A stretch of 64,000 nucleotides of DNA from an archaeon (lineage in GTDB: Archaea > Nanobdellota > Nanobdellia > SCGC-AAA011-G17 > GW2011-AR20): assembly GCA_043808705.1 (NCBI GenBank), contig JAZDEO010000013.1:8081-72080 (forward strand). Reading direction: 5' to 3'. This document shows positions 9,760 to 18,787 of this stretch, one piece after another (within the stretch, counting starts at the first letter, position 1; each line of letters starts with the position of its first letter). Both the position numbers and the translations under genes were made by a program. Under the pieces are notes generated by a model that was not told where the DNA came from, made no database searches, and saw nothing but the letters and a program-made list of their open reading frames with translations.

Positions 9760-11043
9760 ATGATAAATATAAACCTAATAAGAAAATATCCAGATTTAGT
9801 AAAAGAAAACATAAAAAAGAAATTTCAAGAGCATAGATTATTCTTAATTGACAGATTTAAAGTTTTGGATGAAGAATGGAGACACCTAAAAATAGAAAAT
9901 GATTCTTTAAGATCTAAAAGAAATAAGATTTCTCAAGAAATAAATGAAGCAAAAAAAACCAATGACCATAAACTTAAAGAACTAATAAAGGAAGCAAAAT
10001 CTATTCCAGAAAGAATTAAAGAGATTGATGAGAAATTAAAGAATTTGGAAGAAGAAATAGAACAAATAATGCATAAGATTCCTAATTTGATATCAAAGGA
10101 AACTCCATTAGGAAGAGATGAATCTCAGAATAAAGAAATTAAGAAACATGGTAAAATACCAAAATTTAAGTTTTCAATAAAAAATCATGTAGAATTACTA
10201 GAACATCTTAATTTAGTAGACTTTGAAGCATCAGCAAAGGTTTCTGGAAATGGTTTCTATTATTTAAAAGGAAAACTAGCTTTATTAAATCAGGCTTTAA
10301 TAAGATTTGTTATAGATTTTATGAACAAAAAGAAATATGAGTATATAGAAACACCTTTAATGTTAAATGAAAAATCTATATCTTCATCTATGGATAAAGA
10401 AACAATTGAAAATTCAGTCTATTCTATTAAAGACGAAGACTTAAACTTAATAGGGACAGCAGAACAGTCATTATTGGCTATGCACTCACAAAAGACAATA
10501 AAGGAATCAGAACTTCCAAAGAAATACTTTTCTTACTCAATGTGCTTTAGAAAAGAAGTAGGAGCCCATGGTATAAATGAAAAAGGCCTTTGGAGAACAC
10601 ACCAGTTTAATAAAATAGAACAATTTATTTTTTGTAAACCAGAAGACTCAGAAAAATTATACAAAGAATTATTAAAGAATTCAGAAGAGATATTAAATGC
10701 TTTAGAGCTTCCATATAGGGTTTTAGAAATATGTTCAGGTGATTTATCAGACTGGAAACATAGAAGCGCTGATTTAGAGGTTTATAGAGCAACAACAAAA
10801 TCTTATGGTGAAGTAATGTCTTTATCTAACTGTACTGATTACCAAGCAAGAAAACTTGATATAAAATGTATTGATAATAAAGGCAACAAAAGAACCTTGC
10901 ATACCTTAAACAATACAGCATTAGCAACATCTAGAATATTAGTTGCATTAACAGAAAACAATCAACAGAAAGATGGTTCAATAAAGATTCCAAAAGCATT
11001 ATGGAAATATACAGGATTTAAAAAAATAAGTTCTTTAAAATGA
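9760..11043 (+). CDS. serS: seryl-tRNA synthetase
   Basis: N-terminal coiled-coil arm, class II motifs (…FRKEVGAHG…, GTAEQSL…), 427 aa. Confidence 0.85.
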   Translation: MININLIRKYPDLVKENIKKKFQEHRLFLIDRFKVLDEEWRHLKIENDSLRSKRNKISQEINEAKKTNDHKLKELIKEAKSIPERIKEIDEKLKNLEEEIEQIMHKIPNLISKETPLGRDESQNKEIKKHGKIPKFKFSIKNHVELLEHLNLVDFEASAKVSGNGFYYLKGKLALLNQALIRFVIDFMNKKKYEYIETPLMLNEKSISSSMDKETIENSVYSIKDEDLNLIGTAEQSLLAMHSQKTIKESELPKKYFSYSMCFRKEVGAHGINEKGLWRTHQFNKIEQFIFCKPEDSEKLYKELLKNSEEILNALELPYRVLEICSGDLSDWKHRSADLEVYRATTKSYGEVMSLSNCTDYQARKLDIKCIDNKGNKRTLHTLNNTALATSRILVALTENNQQKDGSIKIPKALWKYTGFKKISSLK

Positions 11044-11654
11044 AGAAAAAACTAAAAATTTTAGCAGCAGGAGACATCCATGGTGATACTAGACTAGCTT
11101 ATTCTCTAGCAGATCAAGCAAAAAAGGAAAATGTTGATCTTGTTATTTTATGCGGGGATCTTACTTTTGGAGAAAGATCTACATCAAACATAATAGGGCC
11201 TTTTGTAAAGAAAAAACAGAAAGTCTTAATCATTCCAGGAAATCACGAAAGTTTTGCAACAGCAGACTTTTTAGCAGAAATGTACGGAGTCAAAAATATT
11301 CATGGTTACTATGTAAAATATAAGGGTGTTGGAATATTTGGATGCGGTGGAGCAAATATAGGAATCCATCAAATCTCTGAAGAAGAAATCTTTGATAATT
11401 TAAAAAAAGGTTTTTCAAATATTAAAGATTTGAACAAAAAGATAATGGTAACTCATGTTCATCCAGAGGGTGCTAAAATGGGAAAGTTTACTTCATTTTT
11501 TCCAGGATCATCAGGCGTTAAAAAAGCAATTAAAGATTTTAAACCGGATTTATTATTATGCAGCCATGTTCACGAAGCAGAGGGCATAGAAGAAAAACTT
11601 TATGATACAAAAGTTATAAATGTTGGAAGAAAAGGTAAAATAATAGAAATCTAG
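11040..11654 (+). CDS. calcineurin-like metallophosphoesterase
   Basis: AAGDIHGD, ILCGDLT, IPGNHE, VTHVHP motifs. Confidence 0.8.
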   Translation: MKKKLKILAAGDIHGDTRLAYSLADQAKKENVDLVILCGDLTFGERSTSNIIGPFVKKKQKVLIIPGNHESFATADFLAEMYGVKNIHGYYVKYKGVGIFGCGGANIGIHQISEEEIFDNLKKGFSNIKDLNKKIMVTHVHPEGAKMGKFTSFFPGSSGVKKAIKDFKPDLLLCSHVHEAEGIEEKLYDTKVINVGRKGKIIEI

Positions 11655-12385
11655 TTCTCATCTTTAAATATAATAATCTTATTTGGGTATACAACAACAC
11701 CATTATCAGTCATCTCCATTTTTATTGTTTTCTCAGCATGTCTCGTTCCCCTCATCTTTAATACCTCTATAGCCCTTTTTCTTATACCCTTCTCTTTTAC
11801 ATGATACATTAATATTATAGAATCGACCTCAAATTCTAATCCACCACTCTCAACCCGATCCATGTTTACGACATATTTTTCTGAAGTAAGTAATGTTGTG
11901 CAACCCCAGCTTCTTAATAACCCAAATAAAGATAAAGCAGCCTCTTTTTTTGCTAATTCATCTTGATATAACAAAACAAAAGAAGTAATAGAATCTATAA
12001 CCAATCTCTTAATATTGTATCTTGTTATAATATTCTCTATTAAACCTCCTCCTTCAACAAGCAATTTTTTTACTCTTTCAGGAGAATACTCTAAAAATAT
12101 AAACTTCTTTTCTTTTTCTAACTTTTCTAAATTCCATCCAAATTCAGACATATTCTCATAAAGCTCTTCCTTCTTTTCCTCAAAAGTTATATACATTCCA
12201 GGTTCATTATGTTTTAAGATTCCATTAACCAAATAAGCTACACTAAATATGGTTTTTCCAGAACCAGCCCCACCAATAATCAAATTCATACTCCTCTTCT
12301 TAAATCCACCGTTAACTAATTTATCAAAACCAGAAATATGTGTTGGAACTCTCTCAAACCTCGATTTTTTCATACTAAAATACAA
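11651..12385 (-). CDS. KaiC/RAD55-family RecA-like ATPase (FlaH-like?)
   Basis: RVPTHISGFDKLVNGG…IIGGAGSGKTIFS…LVIDSITS…LKMRGTRH; single KaiC domain, 244 aa, directly downstream of TadC-like gene. Confidence 0.7.
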   Translation of the reverse strand: MYFSMKKSRFERVPTHISGFDKLVNGGFKKRSMNLIIGGAGSGKTIFSVAYLVNGILKHNEPGMYITFEEKKEELYENMSEFGWNLEKLEKEKKFIFLEYSPERVKKLLVEGGGLIENIITRYNIKRLVIDSITSFVLLYQDELAKKEAALSLFGLLRSWGCTTLLTSEKYVVNMDRVESGGLEFEVDSIILMYHVKEKGIRKRAIEVLKMRGTRHAEKTIKMEMTDNGVVVYPNKIIIFKDEN

Positions 12386-12404
12386 AATTTTCTAATATAA
12401 AAAT

Positions 12405-13400
12405 CTATTGCATCATAAACAAACTACCCAACATGCTACTAACAATGAATCTTACCAAAAAGAACAAAAATATACTAAAAAATAAAACAGGTATTATATA
12501 CTTAAAACCCTCTTTTTCAGTACCTTTTTTTATCAAACCTATAAGCAAAGAACCAAAGAATGCTGTAGATATTAAAAATGCAACAATGTAAAAAATTAAA
12601 AAATCAATTGATACAGAAACCTTAGGAACAGCAAAAGGTAACCTAGCATTTCCTAAAGACTCCATATTAGGCACATTAACACTACTAATTGTTTTTGTTA
12701 AAATCTCTACTAAATAAGAAGATAATCCAAACAGAACAGGAGCCCCAATACATATAGCTACAAAGATAAACATTACATACATACCAACACTAGCTCTTAT
12801 TTTTTTATCAACCAAACTCTGATTTAACAAGTCTTCAGCAGTCTGTTCTAATAAAGAAGCAAGCTCTCCACCAGATCTTAAACCAGAAGTTATCAATAAA
12901 ATAGCTTTTTCTAATTTCTTTGACTTTACTCTTTGAGTCATTTCATTTAAAGCCCTTGTTATTTCCATACCTGCATTTATCTTTTTGCCAACAAGATTGA
13001 TTTCATCTTTTAAAGGACCAAATTCCGGTCTTATCGACATGAATAAAGCTCTATCTACAGTTAAACCAGCCCTTAAATTACTAGACATCAATTGTAGAGC
13101 ATCAGGTAAAACAGTCTCAATAAACTTTCCTTTTTTATCAGCATTAAATGTTAATAACATCATTTCAAAGATTATCATAAATAAAAAACATAATACAAAG
13201 ATCAAGAAAAAGTTTATTTTAAATAGAGCACCTAAATAAAATCCAAAGAGAGTAGAAATTAATAAATTAAACACTAAAATAAAACCTAAGAACTTATTAT
13301 AATCTGTCTTTAGATTAGAATACATTAATAAATTTATTATTTTTTTCTTTAAATTCTTTGGGTAAAAATTGCTTAATATTTTATAAAGTGTAGTAATCAT
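12405..13400 (-). CDS. type II secretion system F-domain membrane protein (TadC/EpdK/FlaJ-like)
   Basis: Multiple TM helices plus cytoplasmic T2SSF-like helical domain (LMSSNLRAGLTVDRAL…ITSGLRSGGELASLLEQTAEDL). Confidence 0.75.
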   Translation of the reverse strand: MITTLYKILSNFYPKNLKKKIINLLMYSNLKTDYNKFLGFILVFNLLISTLFGFYLGALFKINFFLIFVLCFLFMIIFEMMLLTFNADKKGKFIETVLPDALQLMSSNLRAGLTVDRALFMSIRPEFGPLKDEINLVGKKINAGMEITRALNEMTQRVKSKKLEKAILLITSGLRSGGELASLLEQTAEDLLNQSLVDKKIRASVGMYVMFIFVAICIGAPVLFGLSSYLVEILTKTISSVNVPNMESLGNARLPFAVPKVSVSIDFLIFYIVAFLISTAFFGSLLIGLIKKGTEKEGFKYIIPVLFFSIFLFFLVRFIVSSMLGSLFMMQ

Positions 13401-13401
13401 C

Positions 13402-14283
13402 TTAATCTCCTAATAAAGCAGGCCTCTTTGTTTTTATAAGTCCTAAAAAACTTATTTGAAATAAAAGTACAAATATAAATAATACTATTAAAAAAACCTT
13501 ATTTAAGTATTCGTTTAAAGATACAAAAGACGATATTACAACTAAAAAAGTGATTCCTAATGCTGGTGCAATTACTGCCAATAACATATAAAACATCGCT
13601 AATGGATTTAATTGACTGCCATAAGCCTCTATCTGAATTAATTGTTCCTGAGATAAAGATCTTATTATCTCATTTAAAACAGTAGTGATATTACTACCAG
13701 ATTTCATTCCATTTATCAATTGCCACATAACCTTCCTTAAGTAAATTGAAGAAGAATTCCTTTCTAATTCCTCTAAGACATCTATCTGAGGCGCTCCAGC
13801 ATTCATTTTTTTAACAACCTTTCCAAATAATTTAGATAGTTCTCCATAATTTGAATTTGATATAGAAATAAATATATCAAATAGATTAACTCCGGAATTA
13901 AGTTGTATGTATATTGTCCTTAAAGCAGGTAACAAGTTCCTTTCAATGTCCTTTGATTTTCTTCTAGCAATCAATTTTGGATATTTTAACTGTTGTAAGA
14001 AAACAAAAAAACTCAAGATTGAAGCAATAATAATTCCTAAATAAACATGACCTATTTTTATAAATATTACAGACAAAATTATAGCAATGAACAAAAAGAA
14101 TATTAATGTTGCAGCAACACACATACTAATATAATCTTTTACACCAACCTCTTGTTCAGATTGTTTCAATTCATTCTCAAGAAATGGAAGGAACTGTTTT
14201 AAAAACTCGCTAACACTCAAAAATCTCTTTCCAATAACTCTTAAATGGTTTATTGGTAAAATAGAAAAGGGTACCTTAATCAT
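13402..14283 (-). CDS. type II secretion system F-domain membrane protein (TadB/EpdJ/FlaJ-like)
   Basis: T2SSF-like helical domain (LNSGVNLFDIF…MKSGSNITTVLNEII) between TM helices. Confidence 0.75.
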   Translation of the reverse strand: MIKVPFSILPINHLRVIGKRFLSVSEFLKQFLPFLENELKQSEQEVGVKDYISMCVAATLIFFLFIAIILSVIFIKIGHVYLGIIIASILSFFVFLQQLKYPKLIARRKSKDIERNLLPALRTIYIQLNSGVNLFDIFISISNSNYGELSKLFGKVVKKMNAGAPQIDVLEELERNSSSIYLRKVMWQLINGMKSGSNITTVLNEIIRSLSQEQLIQIEAYGSQLNPLAMFYMLLAVIAPALGITFLVVISSFVSLNEYLNKVFLIVLFIFVLLFQISFLGLIKTKRPALLGD

Positions 14284-15784
14284 TTTTTAATAAGATCTTA
14301 TTAATGTCCATATTTTTCTTTACTATTTTTAACAATTCTTCTTTATTGAGATAATATTCTTTCATGACCTTTCCAACCTGATGTACATTTCTCACACTTT
14401 TTTTAACTAAAAAATCTAAAATATCCTTTTTTTCATTAATGTCGTCATCAATCTCATTCTGACTTAATCCAGTATGCCTACTCAATTGTTCAAATAATTT
14501 TACGCTAGGAAAGTATTTAGTTATTTTATCTGTAGAAGGATTCCATCTATAAATCAAATTAGGTTTAATCTTTCCTTCACTCTCCCCTAAGATAAATTCT
14601 CCAATATGATAAATCCTTCTAACATTTTTTCTTCTGTCTCTAAACATAACCACATTAAGATGAACAGCTTCAAGCAAATTTTCAGGAACCTCTATAGGAG
14701 GATTAATCAATCTTTTAATGGTCTCATTTGCGCTATCAGCATGTAATGTAGCATAAACACTATGGCCTGTATGCATAGCTTCAAATAAAACTCTTGCATC
14801 TTCACCCTTTCTAATTTCCCCTAAAATAAGTCTATCAGGTCTCATCCTTAATGCATTAATCATTAAATCTAACATACTTACTCCGCCCTCTCCCTCAGGA
14901 TTTGGTAATCTTGTTACTAAAGGACACCAGTAAAGATACTTAGGCAAATACAGTTCTCTAGTATCTTCTATACTTATTATTCTATGATTTGGTGGAATAA
15001 AAGGCATACATATGTTTAGCATAGTAGTCTTCCCTGAAGCTGTTCCCCCACTTACAATCATATTCATTTCATATTCCAAAGAAAGCCATATTAAAGCTAG
15101 AGCCTCAGAACTTATTACATTATCAGTGATTAGATCAGTCATAGTTATAGGATCACTTGAAAACTTTCTTAATATTATAGTATTACCTTTATTAGATATA
15201 GGATATAAAACAGAGTTTGCTCTATCACCAGAGATAAGGTGAGCATCAAGAAGAGGATTCAATATAGTTATTTGTTTTCCAACCTTTCTAGCAATTATAT
15301 TAGAATAATTAATAATCTGATCCTCACTTTCCATTTTAATATTTGTTGACAACCAACCATATTTTTTATGATAAACCCTTATAGGTTCATCAGCACAATT
15401 AATTATAATTTCTTCTAAATATCTGTCATGTAGAAAGTATTCTATTCTGCCTAATCCTAAAGTTTCATTAAGCAGGTAATCTATTAAGTAAGTTTTACTA
15501 GACTCAGATAATCCAGGCATGTAATCATCTAATAAAGAAACAGCCTTTTGTTTAAATCTCTCTTTAATCTCATCAGCAATCTTTGGATCTAATATCTCCT
15601 TTGATGTTAAATTTACCTCAGATATCAAAACATTCTTCAGTTCATCAATAAAAGCCAACGTTGGTTTTTTAAAAATAGACAAATCTAAAGTATAAACTAA
15701 GGAACTATCTTCTTGTTTAACTATTTTTATGTTAAGCTTTAGCTTATTAACTTCAATCTGATATTCTTCTACTATATTTCCCAT
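14276..15784 (-). CDS. type IV pilus/archaellum-family secretion ATPase (TadA/FlaI/VirB11-like)
   Basis: Walker A SGGTASGKTTMLN, Asp box, Walker B, His box (…ATLHADS…); 502 aa. Confidence 0.85.
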   Translation of the reverse strand: MGNIVEEYQIEVNKLKLNIKIVKQEDSSLVYTLDLSIFKKPTLAFIDELKNVLISEVNLTSKEILDPKIADEIKERFKQKAVSLLDDYMPGLSESSKTYLIDYLLNETLGLGRIEYFLHDRYLEEIIINCADEPIRVYHKKYGWLSTNIKMESEDQIINYSNIIARKVGKQITILNPLLDAHLISGDRANSVLYPISNKGNTIILRKFSSDPITMTDLITDNVISSEALALIWLSLEYEMNMIVSGGTASGKTTMLNICMPFIPPNHRIISIEDTRELYLPKYLYWCPLVTRLPNPEGEGGVSMLDLMINALRMRPDRLILGEIRKGEDARVLFEAMHTGHSVYATLHADSANETIKRLINPPIEVPENLLEAVHLNVVMFRDRRKNVRRIYHIGEFILGESEGKIKPNLIYRWNPSTDKITKYFPSVKLFEQLSRHTGLSQNEIDDDINEKKDILDFLVKKSVRNVHQVGKVMKEYYLNKEELLKIVKKNMDINKILLKND

Positions 15785-16653
15785 TTTTTAAAACTTATTT
15801 TATTTATTCCATGATAATGAACTTTTATTAATTCATGACTTTCTAATATCTTACCCCATCTCTCAGCATTTTCTCTAGTTACCTTAAATCTATCCATTAC
15901 GTCTTTTATATCCACAGAACCCTTTTCATTAACCCAATCATATAATATATCAACATAAGTCTCAAACTTTTTCAAAGGAACATTAGATTTCACAATTTCA
16001 ATATTTTTCTTATCAATAGTCTCTTTGCTAATTTTTTTATGCTCAAATTTAGGTATATTTCTTCTATTCATAAGACCCATAACCAAAACAAAAATACCTC
16101 CGATCAAGACTGCACCAAAAACGTAATAAAGAATCTCTTTATCCTTGCTTAAATTAATTATAAAATCTCTGCTTTGATATAAAAAGTAGATTACAATTAA
16201 AAAGAAAATAACTAAAATTATTTTTAAAAGAAACTTAAAATTAATCTTTTTGTCCAAACTCTTTATCTTTTCTCCAGAATCATTTTTGTTATTTTCACTA
16301 GAATCCTGTTTTCTTAAAACTTTAGGAATAGGGATCACAAAATCTATCTTTTTTTTATTTTCTTTTGAGGCGTTATATTCTTTTAATAAACCCTCAACAA
16401 GATTTTCAGGCCATTTCTCTTCTAAGAATTTCTTCTTGATAACATCAATAGAATAACCCCTTTTAACAGCATCTTTAATAACCGCCATAACCTGATTTTT
16501 ATTATACTTTAATTTATCAACAGGATGTTTATTATAATCTTTTTTATGAATCTCTTTCTTTAAAGAGTTTTTATGTTCTACATTCTTAATTAAATGTTTC
16601 TTATGATCTTTATGAATATTGCTCTTTTTCACACTCTTTTTTTTGATTTTCAT
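15772..16653 (-). CDS. membrane protein with Lys-rich N-terminus, 2 TM and C-terminal winged-helix-like domain; hypothetical
   Basis: ORF track; TM FLLKIILVIFFLIVIYFLY and VFGAVLIGGIFVLVMGLM; C-terminal helical domain. Confidence 0.4.
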   Translation of the reverse strand: MKIKKKSVKKSNIHKDHKKHLIKNVEHKNSLKKEIHKKDYNKHPVDKLKYNKNQVMAVIKDAVKRGYSIDVIKKKFLEEKWPENLVEGLLKEYNASKENKKKIDFVIPIPKVLRKQDSSENNKNDSGEKIKSLDKKINFKFLLKIILVIFFLIVIYFLYQSRDFIINLSKDKEILYYVFGAVLIGGIFVLVMGLMNRRNIPKFEHKKISKETIDKKNIEIVKSNVPLKKFETYVDILYDWVNEKGSVDIKDVMDRFKVTRENAERWGKILESHELIKVHYHGINKISFKKWEI

Positions 16654-17414
16654 CTTTTTTTACTTTTAATTAACAATCCAGTGGCTATAAATAATACAAT
16701 TATTCCTATAAATATTAACCACTTATAAACATTTTTGTTTTTAGGATCAATTTGTTTAATTTCTTTATTACCCTTCTCATCAAGTATATCTCCTTTTTGG
16801 GCATCAACATAAGTCCCATTTACATCCCAAATAAGTTTGAAATTACCTTCTTCTGTAGGAAGTATCTTTAATTCAGGTTGGCTATTTGAACTGGCTATAC
16901 TAGATGCCTGACCCGCACCTATTCCAGGACTTGTACTCTGAATATTAAAGGATGGATACCACATAAACCCTAATGAAAAAACCCCATAATCACCAACAGT
17001 TAGAATGCCAGCAAAGCTATTTACAACAGGTACACCATTACACTCCTGTTGATCAAAATTAAACAAGGTTAAACTTAAAGGATAGTTAGTTGTTTGTTCA
17101 ACAACAATCTCAACAGATTCTGGAATCCCTAAATCATCTCTATTTTCTTCTATAAATTCCGTTGCTAAAGCCAAAGCCTGCTCAATAGGCAATAATTGGC
17201 CATTCTCAGGAGGTTCAACATCAAGTCTTTCTACCTTTCTCATAATTCCATTTTGTATAGAAAATTCTTCAACACTCCACCAGCTTCCGTTCATAAAGAT
17301 AGTTCCTTGAGGGCTTATATTTGGAATTACCCACCCATTGAACTCACAATTTTCACTATTAACCTCTAAAGCAAAAAGAAGAATTAATACAAAAAACAGT
17401 AAATAAATTCTCAT
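16650..17414 (-). CDS. secreted/surface protein with N-terminal signal peptide and C-terminal TM anchor; hypothetical
   Basis: MRIYLLFFVLILLFALEVNS… and C-terminal WLIFIGIIVLFIATGLLIKSKKR. Confidence 0.45.
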   Translation of the reverse strand: MRIYLLFFVLILLFALEVNSENCEFNGWVIPNISPQGTIFMNGSWWSVEEFSIQNGIMRKVERLDVEPPENGQLLPIEQALALATEFIEENRDDLGIPESVEIVVEQTTNYPLSLTLFNFDQQECNGVPVVNSFAGILTVGDYGVFSLGFMWYPSFNIQSTSPGIGAGQASSIASSNSQPELKILPTEEGNFKLIWDVNGTYVDAQKGDILDEKGNKEIKQIDPKNKNVYKWLIFIGIIVLFIATGLLIKSKKR

Positions 17415-17515
17415 AACTTACTTAAATTTAAGATTGTATATTAATATTTGTTTTATCTCAATAATGGTTATAAATTCACATTAAATTTAAATAACTAAGG
17501 ATTAACGTATTAATC

Positions 17516-17926
17516 ATGATAAAAAAACAATCTCAAATTAGTGTGGAGTACATTGCATTAATATCTTTTGTTATTCTAATAGTTATGGCAATATACCTTA
17601 CATCTTATTCATACGCTAATTCAACAAAAGATACTGTTTTAATAAATCAAGTTGATAAGATAGCAAACACTATAATGGATAATGCAGAATCCGTTTATAA
17701 TTTAGGATATCCATCAAAAACCACAATAAAGATATATATACCAGAAAATATTAAATCCATAACCATCTCAAGTAATCAGATTACCTTTATTGTTTACACA
17801 ACATCCCAAGAAATTGAAATATTTAAAGAATCATCTATAGATTTAGAAGGTTCACTTTCAACAGTTCAAGGGCTTCATGAAGTAATCATTGAATCTACAG
17901 GAGATGGGGTCTTGATAAGAGAATGA
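17516..17926 (+). CDS. type IV pilin-like protein (class III signal peptide)
   Basis: MIKKQS|QISVEYIALISFVILIV: basic n-region, Gln then Glu at +5, hydrophobic helix; 136 aa. Confidence 0.6.
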   Translation: MIKKQSQISVEYIALISFVILIVMAIYLTSYSYANSTKDTVLINQVDKIANTIMDNAESVYNLGYPSKTTIKIYIPENIKSITISSNQITFIVYTTSQEIEIFKESSIDLEGSLSTVQGLHEVIIESTGDGVLIRE

Positions 17927-18303
17927 AAAGATCACAAGCATCTATAGAATTAATTATATTTGTTGGAATATCCCTAATAATCCTATTATTCTATTTTACC
18001 TTTATTTTTAATCAAACGCAAAAATATAATCTAGAAAAAGAAAAAATGTTAGGCCAAGATGTTATAAATAAAGTAAAAACAGAAATAGAGTTAGCCGATA
18101 CAGTAAGTAATGGATATCATAGAGATTTTGTAATACCAGAAACTTTAGAAGGTATAAACTATAATATAACAATAAGTGATAGAGAACTTACTTTAAGCAC
18201 TGAAAACTTTCAACTTATTAAAATAATACCTGAAGTAATAGGAAACATACAAAAAAATATTAATACATTAAAAAAAGAGGACAATGTCATCTATCTCAAC
18301 TAA
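17923..18303 (+). CDS. type IV pilin-like protein (class III signal peptide)
   Basis: MKRS|QASIELIIFVGISLIILLF; same architecture, 126 aa; 4-nt overlap with upstream gene. Confidence 0.6.
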   Translation: MKRSQASIELIIFVGISLIILLFYFTFIFNQTQKYNLEKEKMLGQDVINKVKTEIELADTVSNGYHRDFVIPETLEGINYNITISDRELTLSTENFQLIKIIPEVIGNIQKNINTLKKEDNVIYLN

Positions 18304-18787
18304 ATCACAATTATGGAGTATTGATTTTTTATTAGGTATGTTCATCTTTATATTATCCATAATATTCCTTTATAATTATATAATAAACACCCCTATAAAT
18401 AGTGATAGTACTATTATATCTGAATCATATATTATCTCTTCATCTCTATTATCAAAAGGCTATCCTATTGATTGGACCTTAAATAATGTAAGTAAAATAG
18501 GGATTGTTTCAGATAAAAGAATAAACTCAACAAAATTAGAATATTTGTCTGAAATGGATTATAGTGAAACAAAAAGTAAACTTAACATATTCAATGATTA
18601 TTATATATTCTTTTTAGATAAAAATAATCAATTATATCTCATAAATAACATAACTGGAATAGGAAAGCCTAATGTAAATAGCACAAACTTAAAACAAGTA
18701 GAAAATCCAAAGAATATAGTAAGAGTAGACAGAATTACTATACACAATAGTACTATAATAAAGATGGTGATCTACACATGGGGCTAA
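18284..18787 (+). CDS. pilin-like protein with N-terminal hydrophobic helix
   Basis: MSSISTKSQLWSIDFLLGMFIFILSIIFL…; 167 aa, same operon. Confidence 0.45.
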   Translation: MSSISTKSQLWSIDFLLGMFIFILSIIFLYNYIINTPINSDSTIISESYIISSSLLSKGYPIDWTLNNVSKIGIVSDKRINSTKLEYLSEMDYSETKSKLNIFNDYYIFFLDKNNQLYLINNITGIGKPNVNSTNLKQVENPKNIVRVDRITIHNSTIIKMVIYTWG